DNA of 64,000 nucleotides from Polyangiales bacterium (GTDB lineage Bacteria; Myxococcota_A; Polyangia; Polyangiales; Polyangiaceae): NCBI GenBank assembly GCA_038231275.1, contig JBBRLQ010000014.1, positions 162,274 to 226,273 of the forward strand, read 5' to 3'. Shown piece by piece: positions 58,789 to 64,000 of this stretch (position 1 is its first letter; each line of letters starts with the position of its first letter). The notes under the pieces were generated by a model. It saw only the letters and a program-made list of their open reading frames with translations, ran no database searches and was not told where the DNA came from. The position numbers and the translations under genes were made by a program.

Positions 58789-59196
58789 ATGAAGCCCGAG
58801 CTCCATTACCTCCTCTGGACTGCCGTTCTCACCGGATCGCTTTGGATCCCTGTCGTCATCGGGTACGTCACGTCGCGCGGCGCGCTCCGGGCGGTGGATT
58901 ACAAGACCGCGCCGACGGCGCCGCTGCCAGACTGGGTCAACCGCGCAAACCGCGCGCACGTGAACGCGATCGAGAGCTTCGCGCCCTTCGCGGCCGTCGT
59001 TCTGGTCGGCAGCGCGCTCGGAGTCTCGACGCCCATCACCGTCGCGGCGGCGGCCGTCTACTTCTGGGCGCGCCTCGCGCATGCGATCGTTCACATCAGC
59101 GGGATCGGCGCCCTCAAGCTCCGCACGGTCCTTTTCGTGATCGGATGGATGGCATTCGTGGGCCTGGCCGCGGAGCTGCTGCGGCGAGCTGCGTGA
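58789..59196 (+). CDS. MAPEG family membrane protein
   Basis: RANRAHVNAIE, ARLAH; four TM segments; SD GGAGG. Confidence 0.88.
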   Translation: MKPELHYLLWTAVLTGSLWIPVVIGYVTSRGALRAVDYKTAPTAPLPDWVNRANRAHVNAIESFAPFAAVVLVGSALGVSTPITVAAAAVYFWARLAHAIVHISGIGALKLRTVLFVIGWMAFVGLAAELLRRAA

Positions 59197-59208
59197 GCAA
59201 GCGCGTCC

Positions 59209-60039
59209 TCATGGCAGATACCCCGCCGCATCGAAGTCGCCGGCGTCTGGTTGGAGCGGATCGACGACGTCGTTCTTGACCGCCCCGAGTAGAGCGCCGA
59301 ACGCGCGCGCGTCGGAGAGCTTGACGCCGTGCGCCGAGGCCGTCGCGACCGCGATTGCGACGAAGTCGGCGAAGATGCCGTTGGGGACGTGATAGTCGAC
59401 GTCGTTGATGCGCGTGGTGCCGCCGGATCGAAGCGCGCCGCGATGGGCTTCATAGAGGTCGCGGCACCTGTAGCCGCTCGCGACGTTGATGGGGTACGCC
59501 GTGCCCGGACCGCCCGGGATGGCGCTGTCGGTGAGCGCCGTAAAACAGTCGATGATGTCCTGCAGCGACGGGTGGAGTCCGACCGGCGGCGCGTTGAGGA
59601 CGAAGTACGTCTTCTGGTGCGGGTCTTGGAGGAGCTTGCCGACGATGTCGGTGAAGAGGCATTTGAATCCGCCGTGACCGCCGAAACGCTCGTACATGGT
59701 CGGTGCGCCGGCGTCGCCCAGCACCGGCGTCGAGCAACCGAACCCGCCGGACGATCCGCTCGAGCTCGAGCTGCCGGAGCTCGAGCTGCTGGACGTGCCG
59801 GAGCTACTGGCCGTGCCGGAGCTACTGGCCGTGCCGGAGCTACTGGAGCTGCTGCCGCGACCGGAGCTCGAGCTGGTCGAGCTCGTGACGCCGCTAGCGC
59901 CGCTGCTCGATTGCCCTCCATCGTCATTACCGTCGGTCGCGGTTGTCGCCAGCGCGCCGCCGCACGCCGCGAACGCCGCAGTCACGATGAGACCCAACGC
60001 CACTGAACCCCGCGCCGCACGCGCTTTGTCGAATCTCAT
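59209..60039 (-). CDS. Lipoprotein with group-1 truncated hemoglobin-like domain
   Basis: FAAC lipobox, Ser/Gly linker, YERFGG, DP-x4-YF, GGP...Y, RD...AH, F-x-x-F. Confidence 0.65.
   Translation of the reverse strand: MRFDKARAARGSVALGLIVTAAFAACGGALATTATDGNDDGGQSSSGASGVTSSTSSSSGRGSSSSSSGTASSSGTASSSGTSSSSSSGSSSSSGSSGGFGCSTPVLGDAGAPTMYERFGGHGGFKCLFTDIVGKLLQDPHQKTYFVLNAPPVGLHPSLQDIIDCFTALTDSAIPGGPGTAYPINVASGYRCRDLYEAHRGALRSGGTTRINDVDYHVPNGIFADFVAIAVATASAHGVKLSDARAFGALLGAVKNDVVDPLQPDAGDFDAAGYLP
59795..59846 (-). repeat. 18-bp tandem repeat (about 3 copies) encoding SSSGTA
   Basis: GTGCCGGAGCTACTGGCC units on the + strand. Confidence 0.85.
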
Positions 60040-60308
60040 CTTGCTCGCTTCCTGTGCTGCCTACGACGTCGGCGCGTGAGATCCGTCTCGCCGCTCGTGG
60101 CACGACACGCGGTGGCCCTCAGCAAGTCCCGTTCCTCAGCGACGTCGCGATCCATCGCGACGCGAATTTCGCCGGGATTGACCAAATTTTGCGGCGCGCC
60201 GCGGACGGCTCGCGGACGATCACGGATCGATCGGGATGGGCAGACGCCGCAGCGCCCCGCCCAGCGAACGCCCATGCGCCGCAACGACCCACCAGCCGCT
60301 GCGGGCTT

Positions 60309-60530
60309 CTACCCGAAGATCGTCACGACGAGCGCGATCGTCTGCGCGCCGCACGCGGCTTGGCACGACAAGAGGAGCGCGACCAGCGCCAGGTACGCCA
60401 CGTTCACGGGCGGCGCATCGCCGGCGAAGGCGCGCTCTGCCCGCGCGGCGATCCGTTCCCGCGTCGCCGTCGGGAGCATCGGCGTCGGAAGGTTGCGTAG
60501 ACGAGCGACGAGGGGATCGCGATCGGTCAT
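60309..60530 (-). CDS. Small single-TM putative anti-sigma factor
   Basis: ATGA overlap with ECF; SD AAGGAG; soluble N-terminus then hydrophobic C-terminus. Confidence 0.6.
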   Translation of the reverse strand: MTDRDPLVARLRNLPTPMLPTATRERIAARAERAFAGDAPPVNVAYLALVALLLSCQAACGAQTIALVVTIFG

Positions 60531-61105
60531 GGCTCTCCTTCGTCGAGTCCCGCGCGTTCGAGCATCGGGTCTCGCTTCATTTCCGCGTCCAGCAGCTCCG
60601 CGAGCCTCGATCGCGCGCGGGCGAGACGCTGCCGTACGGCGTCGGCGCGAACGCCGAGGATCGAAGCCGCCTGGGAGGGATCCAGGCCCTCGACGCCGAC
60701 GAGCAACAGGACCTCGCGCGATGCGAGGGGCAGGCGGGCCAGCGCCCTCTCCACGGCGACCAGCTCTTCGGCGGCGTCCGATCCGCTCGGATCGCCGGCC
60801 TCCGGTTCGCGCGGGAGCGAGGCGAGTCGGCTCACGTCGAGCAGCGACCAGCGTCGCCAGTTAAGGAACTTATTTCGCGCGATCGTGAAGAGGAGCCCCG
60901 TCAGATCGCCGCGTGGCTCGAGACGCGGCGCCGTGCGCGCGAAGGCGATCCACGTCTCTTGGAAGAGATCCTGAGCGACGGCGCGATCGCTCGTCAGCCG
61001 CGCGAGAAAGCGGAAAATACGCGTCTCGTAGCAGGCATAGACCTCACGAAAGGCGCTGCGGTCGCCCGTGCGAAGGCGTTCGACCAGCTCGCCGTCCGTT
61101 CCCAT
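60527..61105 (-). CDS. ECF sigma factor
   Basis: DGELV..L..GD..AF, AQDLFQETW, FTIARN, VRQRLARAR. Confidence 0.9.
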   Translation of the reverse strand: MGTDGELVERLRTGDRSAFREVYACYETRIFRFLARLTSDRAVAQDLFQETWIAFARTAPRLEPRGDLTGLLFTIARNKFLNWRRWSLLDVSRLASLPREPEAGDPSGSDAAEELVAVERALARLPLASREVLLLVGVEGLDPSQAASILGVRADAVRQRLARARSRLAELLDAEMKRDPMLERAGLDEGEP

Positions 61106-61115
61106 CCTCCTCTAG

Positions 61116-61169
61116 TACCCGCGCCGTGCTCGCGCGTGACCGATGTCACGCAGGCCGCGCGCGCGGGTA
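61116..61169. promoter_or_regulatory. Back-to-back mirror-image ECF-type promoters
   Basis: GTCACGC-N9-GCGCGGGTA on both strands with identical spacing. Confidence 0.65.
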
Positions 61170-61177
61170 GAAGGAGC

Positions 61178-61549
61178 ATGAGCGGTTTCTCCGAGTTCAT
61201 GCAAGATGGCGGGCCCATGATGTGGCCGATCCTGGTCTTCGGCGTCGTGACCGCGGGCGCGGCGGGCCGCTTTGCGTGGAGACCGGAGCGCGGCCGCCTC
61301 GGCTTTGCCGCGGGAATGTGGGCGACGACGCTCGCTCAAATCGTGTGCGCGACGTTGGGAGCGCTCGCCGCCGTCTTTCGCACGATGTCCGATCCCGCGG
61401 CCGTCCCCGACGACAAGGTCACGCGCACGCTCTTCGAAGGACTGAAAGAGTGCACGAGGCCGGGCCTCCTCGGCGGCGAATTCCTGGTCCTCGCGCTGCT
61501 GCTCGTCGCGATCGGTCTCGGCAGGGGTGCCTCGGTGGCCGCCGAGTAG
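61178..61549 (+). CDS. Small three-TM membrane protein (MotA/TolQ/ExbB-like)
   Basis: FMQDGGPMMWPIL N-terminus; three hydrophobic helices. Confidence 0.65.
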   Translation: MSGFSEFMQDGGPMMWPILVFGVVTAGAAGRFAWRPERGRLGFAAGMWATTLAQIVCATLGALAAVFRTMSDPAAVPDDKVTRTLFEGLKECTRPGLLGGEFLVLALLLVAIGLGRGASVAAE

Positions 61550-61565
61550 CGGCAGCCCACCGTGG

Positions 61566-62918
61566 CTACCCCACGTCTGCGAGCGACTCGGCGAGGACGC
61601 TCACGATGAGGTCGATCTCCTTCTTCTCGACGATGAACGGCGGCGCGAGCTGGATCGTGTCGCCGCCGTATCGGACGTAGACGCCCTTGGCGAGGCACTT
61701 CATCGCGATCTCGAACGGCCGCTTCGCGGGCTCGCCGGGCGCGGGATCGATCGTGAGGCCCGCCGCGAGGCCGTAGTTGCGGATGTCGGTGACGTGGCGC
61801 GACCCCTTGAGGCCGTGCACTGCGTTCTCGAAATACGGCGCGAGCTCGGCGACGCGCGCGACGGCCTTCTCTTGCACGAGCAAATCGAGCGCCGCCACGC
61901 CGGCGGCGCACGCGATGGGGTGCGCGGAGTACGTGTAGCCGTGCGGGAACTCGACCATGTACTCGGGACCGGCGGCCTGCATGAACGTCTCGTAGATCTC
62001 TTTCGTCGCGACGACCGCCCCGAGCGGCTGCGATCCGTTCGTGATCTGTTTGGCGAGGTTCATGATGTCGGGCGTGACGCCGAACGCTTCGGCGCCGGTG
62101 TACGCGCCCGCGCGGCCGAAGCCGGTGATGACCTCGTCGAAGATGAGGAGGATGTCGTTCGCGGTGCAGATCTCGCGAAGGCGCTGGAGGTAGCCGACCG
62201 GCGGAATGACGACACCCGCGGAGCCTGCGAACGGCTCGACGATGACCGCGGCGATGTTCGACGCGTCGTGGAGCGCGATGAGGCCGAGGAGCTGATCGGC
62301 GAGCTCGACGCCGTGCTTCGGCATGCCGCGCGTGAACGCGTCGGCCTTGTCGCGTAGGGCGAGCTGGGTGTGCGGGAGATGGTCGGCCTCGATGCCCTGA
62401 CCGAACGCCTTGCGGTTGCCGACGATGCCGCCGACCGAGATGCCGCCGAAGTTGACGCCGTGGTAGCCCTTCTCGCGGCCGATGAGGCGCGTCTTGGTGC
62501 CCTTTCCCTTCGCGCGCCAGAACGCGCGCGCCATCTTGAGGGAGGTGTCCGCGGACTCCGAGCCCGAGCCGGTGAAGAACACGTAGTCGAGGCCGCTCGG
62601 CGTGAGCTCCTTGATCTTGTTCGCCAGCGCGAACGACGCGGGGTGACCGAACTGAAAGGCGGGTGAGTAGTCAAGGGTAGAGGCCTGTCGGGCGATGGCC
62701 TCGGCGATTTCGCGGCGGCGGTGGCCGAGCCCGCAGCACCAGAGACCGGAGAGCCCGTCCAAGATCTTCTTGCCGTCGGCGTCCGTGTAATATGCACCCT
62801 CCGCCGATACGATCATGCGCGGATGCGCCTTGAACTGGCGGTTGCCAGTGAACGGCATCCAGTGCGCGTCGAGCCAAGTCGCGTCGGTGCGGGTCTCCCG
62901 CGGGTCGGTGTTCTTCAT
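61566..62918 (-). CDS. Class III aminotransferase (omega-amino acid/beta-alanine:pyruvate)
   Basis: WMPFT, SGLWC, GYHG, FDEVITGFGR, AKQITNG, HGYTYSAHP. Confidence 0.92.
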   Translation of the reverse strand: MKNTDPRETRTDATWLDAHWMPFTGNRQFKAHPRMIVSAEGAYYTDADGKKILDGLSGLWCCGLGHRRREIAEAIARQASTLDYSPAFQFGHPASFALANKIKELTPSGLDYVFFTGSGSESADTSLKMARAFWRAKGKGTKTRLIGREKGYHGVNFGGISVGGIVGNRKAFGQGIEADHLPHTQLALRDKADAFTRGMPKHGVELADQLLGLIALHDASNIAAVIVEPFAGSAGVVIPPVGYLQRLREICTANDILLIFDEVITGFGRAGAYTGAEAFGVTPDIMNLAKQITNGSQPLGAVVATKEIYETFMQAAGPEYMVEFPHGYTYSAHPIACAAGVAALDLLVQEKAVARVAELAPYFENAVHGLKGSRHVTDIRNYGLAAGLTIDPAPGEPAKRPFEIAMKCLAKGVYVRYGGDTIQLAPPFIVEKKEIDLIVSVLAESLADVG

Positions 62919-63083
62919 GGCACTCCGTGCTCCGCATCCTACCAGCAACGAGCGCGGCGATGGGTTCGCCGGTCGAAGCCATGCTCGACAGGAGTGGCAG
63001 GGCGCCGCCGAGTGTGGGAGGAACACACGCGGGAAGGCGCCCGCGCGTTTGACGTGCGCGCGATCCAGCGCTGTTCTCTACCC

Positions 63084-63859
63084 GTGAAGGTGTTCGCGGA
63101 GGCAAGAGGACGACGCGCGCGCGACGCGGAGACGCTCGATGCCCCGAAGTCGATGGCGCAGCCCGGCACCATCGGCGGACGGTCGGCGCGCGAGGATCTC
63201 GGCGCGGCGCAGATTCGCTTCCGACGCGCCCTCACGGCGGCGTACACGATGTGGGCCGGCTTCGTGCTCATCGACTACGTCGTGGTCCGCAACCTGGACG
63301 CAGGCAGTCTTCGCGACTTCGTGCTCGCGCGCGTGCTCGTCATCGGCGTCGCGCTGCCGATCCTTCGGCGCCTGTATAGGAAGCCGCCGCCGACCGAGCG
63401 GGTGCTCACGATCCTGGACCTCTCCGGCTACACGTCGGCCGCGCTCGCGATCGGGCTCATGTGCATCGAGTTCCGCGGCATCGCGAGCCCCTACGCGTCG
63501 GGTCTCTGCCTCGTCCTCCTCGCGCGGATGGTGACGGCGCAGGATCCGTGGCGCCGCGGCCTCCTCATGAGCGGCATCCCGGTGGGCGTCTATTACGTGA
63601 CGTTGCTCGGCTCGGCGCTCTTCGTGCCTCGAATCGCGGCGCAGCTTCGAGATCCCGCCGCGCTGACGATGCTCCTCCTCAACTCGGCGTACGTGCTCGG
63701 CACGTACGTGTTCCTCGTCATCGGAGGCAACGTCATCTGGAGCCTGCGCCGTCAGGTGTTCGAGGCGCGCGCGCTCGGGCGGTACAAGCTCAAGAAGCGC
63801 ATCGCGTCGGGCGGAATGGGTGACGTGTGGGTCGCGTACCACCCCGGGCTCGAGCGCGA
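63084..63859 (+). pseudogene. Membrane Ser/Thr kinase interrupted by an IS (missing from the ORF track because the frame runs off the window)
   Basis: Multi-TM N-terminus then LGRYKLKKRIASGGMGDVWVAYHPGLERD; similarity stops just before the expected VA-x-K. Confidence 0.85.
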
Positions 63860-64000
63860 TGATCTTCACCCGCTTCCGTGGACACCCCGAAAGGCGCGAA
63901 GATGCGCCAGGAGTGTTCGATGGCGAAACGAGAAGCACGACGAGGGCGACGGTCGTTCACCGCGGAGTTCAAGGCCGAAGCGGTCCGGCTCTGCAAGGTC
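63860..64000 (+). mobile_element. IS3-family insertion sequence, left end
   Basis: Begins TGATCTTCACCC...GTGGACAC, resembling the IS3 left inverted repeat; OrfA follows. Confidence 0.88.
63920..64000 (+). CDS. IS3 transposase OrfA (partial)
   Basis: AGGAG SD; MAKREARRGRRSFTAEFKAEAVRL. Confidence 0.88.
   Translation, partial: MAKREARRGRRSFTAEFKAEAVRLCKV

Noticed and set aside
58629..64000. Genomic island integrated at tRNA-Val (or tRNA-Leu)
   Set aside because: No integrase, no duplicated tRNA 3' end noticed and no obvious compositional shift in the window

Overview
This window is very GC-rich bacterial DNA with a myxobacterial (Polyangiales-like) signature: many lipoproteins, Ser/Thr kinases, a MYXO-CTERM-like tail, a Tgl-like TPR lipoprotein and a TonB-fused TonB-dependent receptor. 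It is mostly core genome. It holds bioB, lpxB, rnd, a fabH-like synthase, NAD kinase, a five-gene MoxR/DUF58/vWA operon led by a Gly/Gln-repeat coiled-coil protein, gshA, trpF and a mevalonate cluster lacking HMG-CoA synthase. It also holds an NfeD-flotillin operon, tRNA-Leu(GAG), glgP, hisB, a tgl-like/HTH/recO/murJ/yihA string, two ECF sigma/anti-sigma pairs and tRNA-Val(CAC). At the right edge an IS3-family element interrupts a membrane Ser/Thr kinase. The most interesting signals are: (1) an unannotated lipoprotein with two Ser/Thr-rich amphipathic hairpin-like segments (candidate beta pore-former), behind a well-spaced sigma54 promoter and twin palindromic enhancer-like sites; (2) mirror-image ECF-type promoters placed back to back between an ECF sigma gene and a small membrane protein; (3) a recurring TANNNT hexamer 6-9 nt before start codons, suggesting widespread leaderless mRNAs; (4) a lipid-anchored truncated-globin-like protein; (5) operator-like palindromes in the fni/mevalonate divergent promoter. 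All calls come from reading motifs by eye. No database searches were run, and start codons are best guesses.
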